DNA of 8,045 nt from a virus, in the IMG/VR virus record IMGVR_UViG_3300044548_000117, one strand, 5' to 3'. Below, piece after piece: positions 1 through 6,242 of the stretch (position 1 is the first letter of the stretch; the number at the start of each line of letters is the position of its first letter). The notes beneath the pieces are model-generated. The model had not been told where the DNA came from, did no database searches, and saw only the letters and a program-made list of their open reading frames with translations. Both the position numbers and the translations under genes were made by a program.

Positions 1-127
1 TGCTCCATTGCTAGATTACCGGCATTCGCATTCCTGATTTCAGGTATTGACAGGGATTTCGCCGGTGCTTGATCGAATCCACATGTTCATCCGCTTTCGC
101 CGGGAGCACGTCCAGATGATTGGCAAG
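1..127. repeat. Terminal direct repeat, copy 1 (identical to 7919..8045); marks a circular genome written with an overlap, or a head-to-tail junction
   Basis: Read base by base, TGCTCCATTGCTAGATTACCGGCATTCGC...CAGATGATTGGCAAG at 1-127 recurs at 7919-8045. The offset is 7918 bp. Confidence 0.97.
33..44. promoter_or_regulatory. Inverted repeat CCTGA-TT-TCAGG in the divergent repressor/pII control region; candidate operator
   Basis: The 5-bp arms are exact reverse complements. The repeat lies between the minus-strand XRE gene start and the pII start, next to a tandem GCATTC GCATTC (22-33) and a TTGACA hexamer (47-52). The same element recurs at 7951-7962. Function is inferred only. Confidence 0.3.
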
Positions 128-1453
128 GTCGACTCGCCGACTCTGGTCGTTGACCTGGAGTCGCTGGGTGTTCGCATGCGGTCTTCGGGTGGGCTGACCA
201 AGCGGGAGGAGGGTGGTTACGACGTCGAAGACCTGTCCCATGCCTGGGAGTCCTTGCCGTCGAGCTACACGCCCATGGCCTTCAAGGTGTTCCACCAGAG
301 TCTAGGCAAGCGCCTCGATCCTGGCGTTGAGCTGAAAGCCAGCCCGGCGAAGCTGCTCCAGGGGCACAACGTGTTCGGCCCAACCTCGATCCGGAAGGGC
401 GCCGAGGTGATGCTGAAGTGGCTGGCCGGCTCCTACCCGGACCTTTGGGCCAAGCTCGATGTTCTGTCGATCGAGGTGTACGCCTTGGACTGCACGTTCT
501 CGGCACGCATGCCGAACGAACAGACCGCGCTCCAGGTGATCCAGTTCATGCGTGGCGTCAGCAACGGCCAGACACGCAACCGCGGTGACGACTACGAAAC
601 CACCGCCTACTGGGGCGCCAAGGATGGTCGTCTCCGCAAGATCAAGGCGTACCTGAAGGGGCCGGAGTTCCAGCGTCAGCTGGAAGAGGTCAAGAAAGCC
701 GCTCGCGGCGCTTCGTCGAACCCGGAGCCCCGGGATGACCTGGACAACGCCCACGTCCGTGCCTGGAAGGTGCTCAAGCGTGAGGCCCGTTGCGCCATGT
801 CCCATCTGTCAGCCGCTCGGACTCTACGGGTCATGCAGGACCCACGGCTTCAGGAGTTCGCCAGGCTTCTTCTTCGCCTTGAGGCGACCGTCATGCACCG
901 CTGGCTGGAGCGTCGGAATCTGCCGACGAACCTGTGGGAGTTGTGTGACTACCAGGAGGCGCTCCGCGACCAGGAGCGCTGTTTCATCCAGGAATGTTGG
1001 AGCGCAGTGACTGGCGAATTGTTCGCGGCCTTTGAGGGTATGACCATGAAGCGAATTGACGATGAAAAAGTGCTGGCCGCACTGATCGAGAAGTACACGA
1101 AGGTAGGGAAGGGGAAGTGGACCAAGGCCCGGGCAGACAAGGCAACTGGGACCATCATTCCGCCGATGTTCGTGCCGGGTAAGGCGAGTGATGCCCAGGC
1201 CCGCAACCTGTTCCGCACGTACCGCAGCCTGAAGGACTACGGCTGGGAAGAGACCATGGCGTCGATGTCCCGTGCGTCGTTCTACCGACATGTTGCCGAC
1301 CTGGAGGCCGTGGGCATCTCCAAGGCCATGCTGCAGAACCTGAAGGACTACGACAACACGCGCAACGTGGTGCCGATCCTGCGGCTCCTGGAGGTCGATT
1401 TCAGCGCCCAGGTGCCCGACTGGTACGTCGAACCCAGCGTGGAGGCCGCGTGA
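47..1453 (+). CDS. gII: Replication initiation protein, Ff pII family (rolling-circle nickase)
   Basis: The 468-aa ORF has blocks colinear with Ff (M13/f1) pII as I recall it: SHAWESLPSSY, ELKASPAKLLQGHNVFGP, LDCTFSARMPNEQTALQVIQFMRGVSNGQT and the C-terminal NVVPILRLLEVDFSAQVPDWYVEP. The start is ambiguous. Options are TTG 47, in-frame GTG 65 (AGGGA at 52-56, 8 nt upstream, giving MLDRIHMFIRF, which lines up with the Ff pII N-terminus) and ATG 83. Confidence 0.92.
   Translation: MTGISPVLDRIHMFIRFRREHVQMIGKVDSPTLVVDLESLGVRMRSSGGLTKREEGGYDVEDLSHAWESLPSSYTPMAFKVFHQSLGKRLDPGVELKASPAKLLQGHNVFGPTSIRKGAEVMLKWLAGSYPDLWAKLDVLSIEVYALDCTFSARMPNEQTALQVIQFMRGVSNGQTRNRGDDYETTAYWGAKDGRLRKIKAYLKGPEFQRQLEEVKKAARGASSNPEPRDDLDNAHVRAWKVLKREARCAMSHLSAARTLRVMQDPRLQEFARLLLRLEATVMHRWLERRNLPTNLWELCDYQEALRDQERCFIQECWSAVTGELFAAFEGMTMKRIDDEKVLAALIEKYTKVGKGKWTKARADKATGTIIPPMFVPGKASDAQARNLFRTYRSLKDYGWEETMASMSRASFYRHVADLEAVGISKAMLQNLKDYDNTRNVVPILRLLEVDFSAQVPDWYVEPSVEAA
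1046..1453 (+). CDS. gX: Nested in-frame pX-like product (C-terminal 135 aa of pII)
   Basis: An internal ATG at 1046 (another at 1040) follows GAGGG at 1034-1038. The product starts MKRIDDEKVLAALIEKY, the position where Ff pX starts (MNIYDDSAVLDAIQSKH, from memory). This call is an analogy, not a demonstration. Confidence 0.5.
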   Translation: MKRIDDEKVLAALIEKYTKVGKGKWTKARADKATGTIIPPMFVPGKASDAQARNLFRTYRSLKDYGWEETMASMSRASFYRHVADLEAVGISKAMLQNLKDYDNTRNVVPILRLLEVDFSAQVPDWYVEPSVEAA

Positions 1454-1671
1454 TGCTTAGCGCCCATCTGCACAGGCTCCACAGGAGCCTCACCAAGCTA
1501 CGTTACTGCCCTGTTTCCGAGCGTGCTTTTCAGTTGGGCTTTGTGTCCGGTTTGCTCTCGGGCTACCTGGAAGCCGCCCTGATCGAGTTCGACGTTTACG
1601 AGCGCCTTACTGCTCTCAAGCTGAACGCCTGGGAGCACTGCCTTCGTGACTCCCAAGGGGAGGGTGCCTGA
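1450..1671 (+). CDS. Hypothetical 73-aa protein
   Basis: Its ATG overlaps the pII stop (GTGATG), which suggests translational coupling. It has the same orientation and compact spacing as its neighbours. I recognise no motif. Confidence 0.5.
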   Translation: MMLSAHLHRLHRSLTKLRYCPVSERAFQLGFVSGLLSGYLEAALIEFDVYERLTALKLNAWEHCLRDSQGEGA

Positions 1672-1913
1672 TGAAAGCGCCCCTCCGTTTTGCATTCGGC
1701 TGGGTGGTGTACCTGGCCATTACGGCCGCTCTGACGCCGATTCTCAAGGCCCTGGTGGATGCCTTCCAACTCATGCCGATCTGGCTTGTGGTGGTGATCC
1801 TGGTTGCCTCCCTGGCCGCCTTCTTGGCCACGTTCTTCTTGCTCCTGCGCCGGTTCTGGTCCTGGTGCGATCAACCCCGAAAAGCTACCCGTGAGGTTCC
1901 CCCATGTTCGTGA
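1671..1913 (+). CDS. Small integral membrane protein (80 aa, two hydrophobic segments)
   Basis: The ATG overlaps the upstream stop (TGATG) and GGGGAGGG lies 6-7 nt upstream. The segments FAFGWVVYLAITAALTPIL and IWLVVVILVASLAAFLATFFLLL look like TM helices. Confidence 0.6.
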   Translation: MKAPLRFAFGWVVYLAITAALTPILKALVDAFQLMPIWLVVVILVASLAAFLATFFLLLRRFWSWCDQPRKATREVPPCS

Positions 1914-2239
1914 AAATCGGCCTGTGCAAAGGCACGTCTGTCAAAGAATCCCGCAACGGCTTCCAGGAACACTACGTCCTGGTCAGCGGCGAGAGTCAGG
2001 ACCAGTTCGGCCAGGTGGTCGAGGTGACTACTGGCATTCGCCTGTCCAAGGGGCAGCTCGACGCCGGCCTGCGCGATTACTACGACACGCTGAAGGGCAA
2101 GCAGGTGTGCGTGCCCTGCTACAACCGGCCGTGGAAGTCCGCTGGCGGCACTGTCGGCATGGACACGTGGCTGTCGAACGAGAACGGCGGCAAGCCGGTT
2201 CCCCTGGTCACCCAGCAGCAGCTGAAGGCTACGGGCTGA
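1904..2239 (+). CDS. Probable ssDNA-binding protein (gV analogue)
   Basis: GAGG lies 7 nt before the ATG. The ORF sits between the pII and coat genes, as gV does. It is a small soluble protein that looks beta-rich, and its N-terminus (KGTSVKESRNGFQEHYVLV) resembles inovirus gV/SSB N-termini. The assignment rests on position and loose resemblance only. Confidence 0.5.
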   Translation: MFVKIGLCKGTSVKESRNGFQEHYVLVSGESQDQFGQVVEVTTGIRLSKGQLDAGLRDYYDTLKGKQVCVPCYNRPWKSAGGTVGMDTWLSNENGGKPVPLVTQQQLKATG

Positions 2240-2248
2240 GTGTGACCG

Positions 2249-2461
2249 ATGAAGTACCTGGTCTGTGATGGTGATTGGCTGGTGGACGAGAGCGGGCTTG
2301 CCCGGTGCTCTGGCCAGCTGACTGCCATGACAGTGCAGGACGCGGGGAGCTTGGGCTCCCTGACGCCTGAGGAGCGCAAGGAGCTGCAGGATTACACCAT
2401 CGGTGTGTTCTTCGCGGTGTTCTGCGTCCTCGCTCTGAAGAAGCATCTGAGTACCAACTGA
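2249..2461 (+). CDS. Small protein (70 aa) with a C-terminal hydrophobic anchor; possible minor virion or membrane protein
   Basis: The ORF lies directly upstream of the major coat gene. The C-terminal YTIGVFFAVFCVLALKKHL is TM-like. The SD is weak. Confidence 0.5.
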   Translation: MKYLVCDGDWLVDESGLARCSGQLTAMTVQDAGSLGSLTPEERKELQDYTIGVFFAVFCVLALKKHLSTN

Positions 2462-2478
2462 CCTGGAGGGTCGCCAAC

Positions 2479-2706
2479 ATGAAATACATGAACGCTGTGA
2501 AGAAGTATGGCCGCAAGGCTCTGGTCTCCGGCGGCGCCATCGCCGCTGGTGTGGGCGGTCTGGCGATGCAGGCTTACGCCGAGCTGCCGGCATCCATGAC
2601 CACCGACGCCGCGTCGGCCAAGTCGGACAGCAACGAGCTGGGCTACCTGGTCCTGGGCGTGCTGTTCGGTATCGCGGCTCTGCGCTGGCTGCGCCGCGCG
2701 ATGTAA
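2479..2706 (+). CDS. gVIII: Major coat protein precursor (pVIII-like)
   Basis: GGAGGG lies 8 nt upstream. The 34-aa leader ends in AYA. The predicted 41-aa mature peptide has an acidic N-terminus (ELPASMTTDAASAKSDSNE), a hydrophobic core (LGYLVLGVLFGIAAL) and a basic C-terminus (RWLRRAM). This is the classic inovirus coat layout. Confidence 0.85.
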   Translation: MKYMNAVKKYGRKALVSGGAIAAGVGGLAMQAYAELPASMTTDAASAKSDSNELGYLVLGVLFGIAALRWLRRAM

Positions 2707-2712
2707 CAGGGG

Positions 2713-2736
2713 AGGAGGGGGCTTAGGCCCCCTCTT
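2713..2736 (+). terminator. Stable GC hairpin just after pVIII (possible partial terminator or attenuator)
   Basis: A 10-bp stem pairs 2713-2722 with 2727-2736 (AGGAGGGGGC / GCCCCCTCTT, one G-T pair) around the loop TTAG. The downstream T tract is poor. Confidence 0.4.
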
Positions 2737-2827
2737 ACTTCATGACCTACGAAATGTACTGGCTCGCGGTAAACGTGTTAGCGGCGTTGCTGATCTTGTT
2801 CGGTCGGTTATAGCGTCAGGTTGAATT

Positions 2828-2852
2828 AAAGGCCCCTGACGGGGCTTTTTTT
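2828..2852 (+). terminator. Rho-independent terminator between pVIII and pIII
   Basis: The sequence is AAAGGCCCC-TGAC-GGGGCTTTTTTT: a GC stem (2832-2836 / 2841-2845), a 4-nt loop and a run of 7 T. Ff phages also terminate after gene VIII. Confidence 0.8.
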
Positions 2853-2869
2853 ATTTTGAGAGGCTAGTT

Positions 2870-4147
2870 ATGCGGGCTATATTGATTTTGCTTTTATTTT
2901 TAATGCCCCCATTGTCCGCTTACTCGTCTGAGTACATTTGGACTACTACCAGCTGGTCTGGGAATACTTACTCCGGCCCTAGTCCCTTTTCTGCTTGCGC
3001 TCAGATTCCTTATGATAATCAGTTTGTCTTTGATCACTTGGATAGGATTTCTGACACACAGTTCCGATGTGTCGCTCTGCGGGTGTCTGATGGCGCAATT
3101 CACTCCGGCATGTCTGCGATTAGATCTGGTGATTCATGCCCTTCCGGTACTGTATTTAATGGCCTTACTGGTGTTTGTGATCCTCCAACTGATGGAGAGT
3201 GCCTGGCTAAAAGTTCATATACGAAAACCATTCAGTATTCATTTGCTGATGGTTCTGCTGTTTTTGGTCTCGGTGCAGATATTAAGGATGGTTGCATTTA
3301 TGAGCCCGGAGAGCCGAAGAACTGTACGGACACACAATGCGAAGTTGAAATGAAGCCGGTTGGTAATAACGTCATGTCGGATAACTCCGGCAACCCTGAC
3401 CAAGATCTTCAGGATTATCTGGACGAACTGGCAAAGCAGTTCAAGTGCGAGCATGTGGCCAATGGAACTGTTGGTTGTTCGGCTGCTGAGACTACGCCGC
3501 CGGATATCGATCCTGACGACAAGTGCCCGGATGGCTATTCCTGGTCAGGCACTGCTTGCTTCCCCACGAATGGCGGTGGGAACGAGAACCCCGATAACCC
3601 GACGCCTGGTGGTGATGGCGGCTCTTCTGGCGGCGGCAGTACCGGCGGCAGTGGCGGGGATGGCGGCAGTACCGGCGGCGATGGTAGCGGCGATGGCTCC
3701 AGCGGTGGCGGCGGAGGTGGTAACGACGGTGACGATGGTGACGACAAGGAACCTGGTGTTGAGGGTACGGCTTGTGACAAGGCGTTTAAGTGCACTGGCG
3801 ATGCCGTTAACTGCGCGATTGCTGAGCGCCAGAAGAATGCCTATTGCGAGAACAAGGAACTCCAGGATGCACAAAAAGGTTTCGACAAGATTGGCGAGGA
3901 AATAGGCCAGGAGAAGTACACGATGCTCGATGGCGGCGATGTAGATATTGGTTCGCTGTTTGGTGAAGGCACTCGGTTCTTGCCTTCGGCATGCCCGGCG
4001 ATTTCAACAACAACACTGCATGTAGGGCCTCTCCAGTTTAACTGGCAGCCGGTCTGTCAGTACGCCGAGCTGGTTGGAAAGTTCCTTGTCGCCTGGGCAT
4101 CCCTGTTCTTTGCAACGTATGTTGGTCGCGCCTTTGGAGGTGATTGA
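2870..4147 (+). CDS. gIII: Minor coat / adsorption protein (pIII-like)
   Basis: GAGAGG lies 6 nt upstream. The protein has a signal peptide (MRAILILLLFLMPPLSAYS), Cys-rich N-terminal domains and a long Gly/Ser/Asp linker (GGDGGSSGGGSTGGSGGDGGSTGGDGSGDGSSGGGGGGNDGDDGDD). A C-terminal hydrophobic anchor (FLVAWASLFFATYVG) completes the pIII architecture, and the gene sits after pVIII as gIII does. Confidence 0.85.
   Translation: MRAILILLLFLMPPLSAYSSEYIWTTTSWSGNTYSGPSPFSACAQIPYDNQFVFDHLDRISDTQFRCVALRVSDGAIHSGMSAIRSGDSCPSGTVFNGLTGVCDPPTDGECLAKSSYTKTIQYSFADGSAVFGLGADIKDGCIYEPGEPKNCTDTQCEVEMKPVGNNVMSDNSGNPDQDLQDYLDELAKQFKCEHVANGTVGCSAAETTPPDIDPDDKCPDGYSWSGTACFPTNGGGNENPDNPTPGGDGGSSGGGSTGGSGGDGGSTGGDGSGDGSSGGGGGGNDGDDGDDKEPGVEGTACDKAFKCTGDAVNCAIAERQKNAYCENKELQDAQKGFDKIGEEIGQEKYTMLDGGDVDIGSLFGEGTRFLPSACPAISTTTLHVGPLQFNWQPVCQYAELVGKFLVAWASLFFATYVGRAFGGD
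3632..3691 (+). repeat. Tandem 30-bp repeat inside the Gly-rich linker of pIII
   Basis: GGCGGCAGTACCGGCGGC occurs at 3632-3649 and again at 3662-3679. The two units encode GGSTGGSGGD and GGSTGGDGSG. Confidence 0.7.
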
Positions 4148-4149
4148 TT

Positions 4150-4455
4150 ATGTGGTTCTACTATGCGTTTTCGTTTTTGAGCTTCGTGCTTATTCCGCTG
4201 GTGAACATGGTGCTTCGCGCCTTGGGCATTGGCGTAATGAGCTATATCGGAATCAATCTGGCAATTAATGCCGCCAAGGATCACTTGATTGCAGCCCTTG
4301 GCGGAATGCCCATCCAAGTTCAGCAAATTCTTGGCCTGGCCAATGTTGATGTTGCGGTGAACATTGTTCTTTCCGCAGTGACCACCCGGTTCATCTTGAA
4401 CGGCGTTAACAAGCTCAGTGGTCGCAAGAAAAAGTATGGCGTCTTGGAGGCTTAA
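4150..4455 (+). CDS. gVI: Minor coat / membrane protein (pVI-like)
   Basis: GGAGGTG (4135-4141) lies 8 nt before ATG 4150; the ORF track starts at TTG 4144. The 101-aa product is hydrophobic and multi-TM, and sits between pIII and pI as in Ff. Confidence 0.75.
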   Translation: MWFYYAFSFLSFVLIPLVNMVLRALGIGVMSYIGINLAINAAKDHLIAALGGMPIQVQQILGLANVDVAVNIVLSAVTTRFILNGVNKLSGRKKKYGVLEA

Positions 4456-4458
4456 CGT

Positions 4459-5709
4459 ATGGGCTCGCCACTGAACTTGGTTACTGGTCTTCCTGGCAAT
4501 GGCAAGACGCTTAACACGATCAAGGAAGTAGATGCGCAGGCGGTTAAAGAAGGCCGGCTTGTGTACTTCCACAATATTCGCGGCCTTAAGCCCGAGCTGC
4601 TTAAGGCGGAATGGTACGAGTTCGAGGACCCGCATAAGTGGTTCGAACTGCCCGAGAACAGTCTGATCGTGGTGGATGAGGCCCAGGGCTTTTTCCCGCC
4701 CAGGGACATTCGCAAGCCGGTTCCCGAGTACTGCTCCAAGATGGAAACCGTGCGCCATGAGGGACGCGAGCTGTGGCTAATCACCCAGCACCCCAGCTTC
4801 ATTGACGTGCACGCTCGCCGGTTGACCAACCGGCACATCCATTTCAAGCGCATCTTCAAGTCGTCGCGGATTTTGCGGCACGAGTGGGAAGGGGTGTCCG
4901 ATGTCGACAAGGCCAGCTCGTTCAAGGCGGCCATGACGACGCCTATCAAGCTCGATAAGAAGTTCTTCGACGTCTACCAGTCCACGGCCCAGGGGGCTTC
5001 GCATTTCTTCAAATTCAAGGCGCCTCTGGCCCTCTATGCGCTGCTTCTCTGCCTGGGTGTGGTGGCCGTCTTCGGGTATCGGTTCTATCAGCGTTATCAG
5101 GAGAAGGTGGGCGCCCACGATGCGCCTACTGAGCAGCAGGCGCTGCCCTCGGGCGCTGCTGTGCTGGGATCGGTGGTGGATGCCGTGGCGCCGGAATCGG
5201 TGAAGGGCAAGGGCAAGCAGACGCTGCAGGAGTACCTGGCCGACCGGACGCCACGGATTGCGTCCGTGCCGTCGTCGGCGCCGATCTACGATGAGCTGAC
5301 CAAGCCCGTCAGCTTCCCGCGCACATACTGTGTCTCGACGACCAATGAAACGCTTCTGGAGCGCAACAGCGTGCGTAGCCGCATGAAGGTCGGTTGGCAC
5401 CATGGGAAGAAGACTGGGTGCGGGTGTTACACCCAGCAAGGCAGCCAGGTGCAGACGACTTTCGAGTACTGCATGAACGCGGTGGAGAATCGGTTCTTCG
5501 ATCCAACGCTGCCGGATCATGGCAGCCAGCAGGTGGCCTCGTTGCCACAGCCGCCAACCGCTGGCCTCGTCGCAAGCGGAAGCGACGTAGGAGCACCGCG
5601 CGACGTGTCCAGCGGCGCGCCGCTGGCTTCAGCGACCGATGGCGGTTTCGGCGGCACGCGCCTTACGATCGTGCCTGACAGCGAATACCCGTCGAGGCCG
5701 TGGAGGTGA
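4459..5709 (+). CDS. gI: Assembly ATPase pI / Zot-family protein
   Basis: GGAGG lies 8 nt upstream. The protein has a Walker A motif GLPGNGKT at aa 10-17, a Walker B-like LIVVDEAQ, one central TM segment (APLALYALLLCLGVVAVFGYRFY) and a Cys-containing C-terminal domain (GCGCYTQQG). This is the typical Zot/pI layout. Confidence 0.92.
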   Translation: MGSPLNLVTGLPGNGKTLNTIKEVDAQAVKEGRLVYFHNIRGLKPELLKAEWYEFEDPHKWFELPENSLIVVDEAQGFFPPRDIRKPVPEYCSKMETVRHEGRELWLITQHPSFIDVHARRLTNRHIHFKRIFKSSRILRHEWEGVSDVDKASSFKAAMTTPIKLDKKFFDVYQSTAQGASHFFKFKAPLALYALLLCLGVVAVFGYRFYQRYQEKVGAHDAPTEQQALPSGAAVLGSVVDAVAPESVKGKGKQTLQEYLADRTPRIASVPSSAPIYDELTKPVSFPRTYCVSTTNETLLERNSVRSRMKVGWHHGKKTGCGCYTQQGSQVQTTFEYCMNAVENRFFDPTLPDHGSQQVASLPQPPTAGLVASGSDVGAPRDVSSGAPLASATDGGFGGTRLTIVPDSEYPSRPWR

Positions 5710-5825
5710 TGATGGATGTGTGGATGGTGTTGACCGTGCTTCTGGTCGTTGTGGTGGGCACGGTGTTCGCCGGCTTGGCCGGCTTCGGCATGATGCAGGC
5801 GTGGGCGAGTCGTGGCGATGACTGA
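5709..5825 (+). CDS. Hydrophobic micro-ORF, 38 aa (MMDVWMVLTVLLVVVVGTVFAGLAGFGMMQAWASRGDD)
   Basis: This ORF is below the ORF-track size cutoff. Its ATG overlaps the pI stop (TGATGATG), with GGAGG at 5702-5706 (5 nt before the second ATG at 5712). It contains one clear TM-like segment. I translated it by hand. Confidence 0.4.
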   Translation: MMDVWMVLTVLLVVVVGTVFAGLAGFGMMQAWASRGDD

Positions 5826-5913
5826 CCTTACGTGGTGGCAGGCGGCTTTGGTTGTTGTTCCTGGAGTAATCCTGTTTGTGGTCGGCTTGGCTCGGGAGAT
5901 CCGTCACTGGTGA
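5818..5913 (+). CDS. Hydrophobic micro-ORF, 31 aa (MTDLTWWQAALVVVPGVILFVVGLAREIRHW)
   Basis: The start overlaps the end of the preceding micro-ORF (GATGACTGA). It has a single TM-like segment with flanking aromatic and basic residues and no strong SD of its own. I translated it by hand. Confidence 0.35.
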   Translation: MTDLTWWQAALVVVPGVILFVVGLAREIRHW

Positions 5914-5920
5914 ACCCTAG

Positions 5921-5948
5921 GCTTCGCATAATGTATATGGCGTTACGT
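5921..5948 (+). other. dif-like XerC/XerD recombination site 1 (candidate attP half)
   Basis: The site reads GCTTCGCATAA-TGTATA-TGGCGTTACGT. Against E. coli dif (GGTGCGCATAA-TGTATA-TTATGTTAAAT) the XerC arm matches 9/11, the central region 6/6 and the XerD arm 6/11. Confidence 0.7.
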
Positions 5949-5986
5949 TGAGCGGCGTGCGGAACATGGCCACGCCTCCGCGCGTC

Positions 5987-6014
5987 GCGTAACGTAATGC
6001 CCATTATGCGAACG
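5987..6014 (-). other. dif-like site 2, inverted relative to site 1
   Basis: The reverse complement reads CGTTCGCATAA-TGGGCA-TTACGTTACGC. Against dif the XerC arm matches 9/11, the central region 3/6 and the XerD arm 7/11. Site 2 shares TTCGCATAAT and CGTTACG exactly with site 1. Confidence 0.6.
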
Positions 6015-6242
6015 CCCGTGCCTCTCGAAATTCCGCCTCATCTGGTCGACCTGGCCACCTTGTATTCCCCATCCCGCGATCCTCTCGATGCCGTTTGTTA
6101 CGTCCTGCAGGCCTACCCGGAGCTGGTGGGCGATCTGCGCAAGCTGCGCCGCCGAGTCGCCCAACTGGACGAAGAGGGCGCGCTGCTGGACGAGCGCCTG
6201 GCGAAGCTCCAGGCAGCTTGCCGGGCGATACTCGATCTGTAG
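5997..6242 (+). CDS. Small DNA-binding-like protein: possible ribbon-helix-helix N-terminus plus C-terminal coiled coil (81 aa)
   Basis: VPLEIPPHLVDLA resembles an RHH beta-strand/helix start. The C-terminal LRKLRRRVAQLDEEGALLDERLAKLQAACRAILDL is heptad-like. There is no convincing SD. The stop TAG (6240-6242) abuts the first GCTAGC palindrome. The architecture parallels ORF 6454-6747. Confidence 0.45.
   Translation: MPIMRTPVPLEIPPHLVDLATLYSPSRDPLDAVCYVLQAYPELVGDLRKLRRRVAQLDEEGALLDERLAKLQAACRAILDL

Noticed and set aside
47-52. TTGACA hexamer considered as the -35 of the pII promoter
   Set aside because: No acceptable -10 hexamer lies 16-18 bp downstream (TGATCG at 70-75). The hexamer also falls inside the most likely pII N-terminal coding region, as judged by alignment to Ff pII. 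The promoter call is left open.
11-295. Minus-strand ORF of 94 aa at the left edge
   Set aside because: It is antisense to the well-supported pII gene, and its upstream context is only an artefact of where the circular genome was cut. The real minus-strand gene in this neighbourhood is the XRE ORF ending its 5' part at 7926 (equivalent to position 8).
2742-2813. 23-aa hydrophobic mini-ORF (MTYEMYWLAVNVLAALLILFGRL) between the two post-pVIII hairpins
   Set aside because: It has no SD, lies between terminator-like structures at a compositional breakpoint, and is too short to judge by eye. It could be real (pVII/pIX-sized), but I cannot support it without conservation or translation data.
3360-3905. 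Alternative-frame ORFs across the pIII linker (181 aa on the plus strand; 86 and 109 aa on the minus strand), rich in Ala/Val/Pro
   Set aside because: These are by-products of the GGC/GGT-rich repeat encoding the Gly-rich linker. The pIII frame explains the region, with a signal peptide, linker and anchor.
4057-4758. Long antisense ORF (233 aa, minus strand) opposite pVI and the pI N-terminus. Similar antisense ORFs lie at 4777-5520, 1871-2593, 302-805 and 824-1291.
   Set aside because: Each lies opposite a plus-strand gene with recognisable family features (Walker A, pII motifs, coat architecture). The products are Arg/His/Pro-rich and low in complexity, as is typical of antisense frames in GC-rich DNA. 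None has an SD or a recognisable motif.
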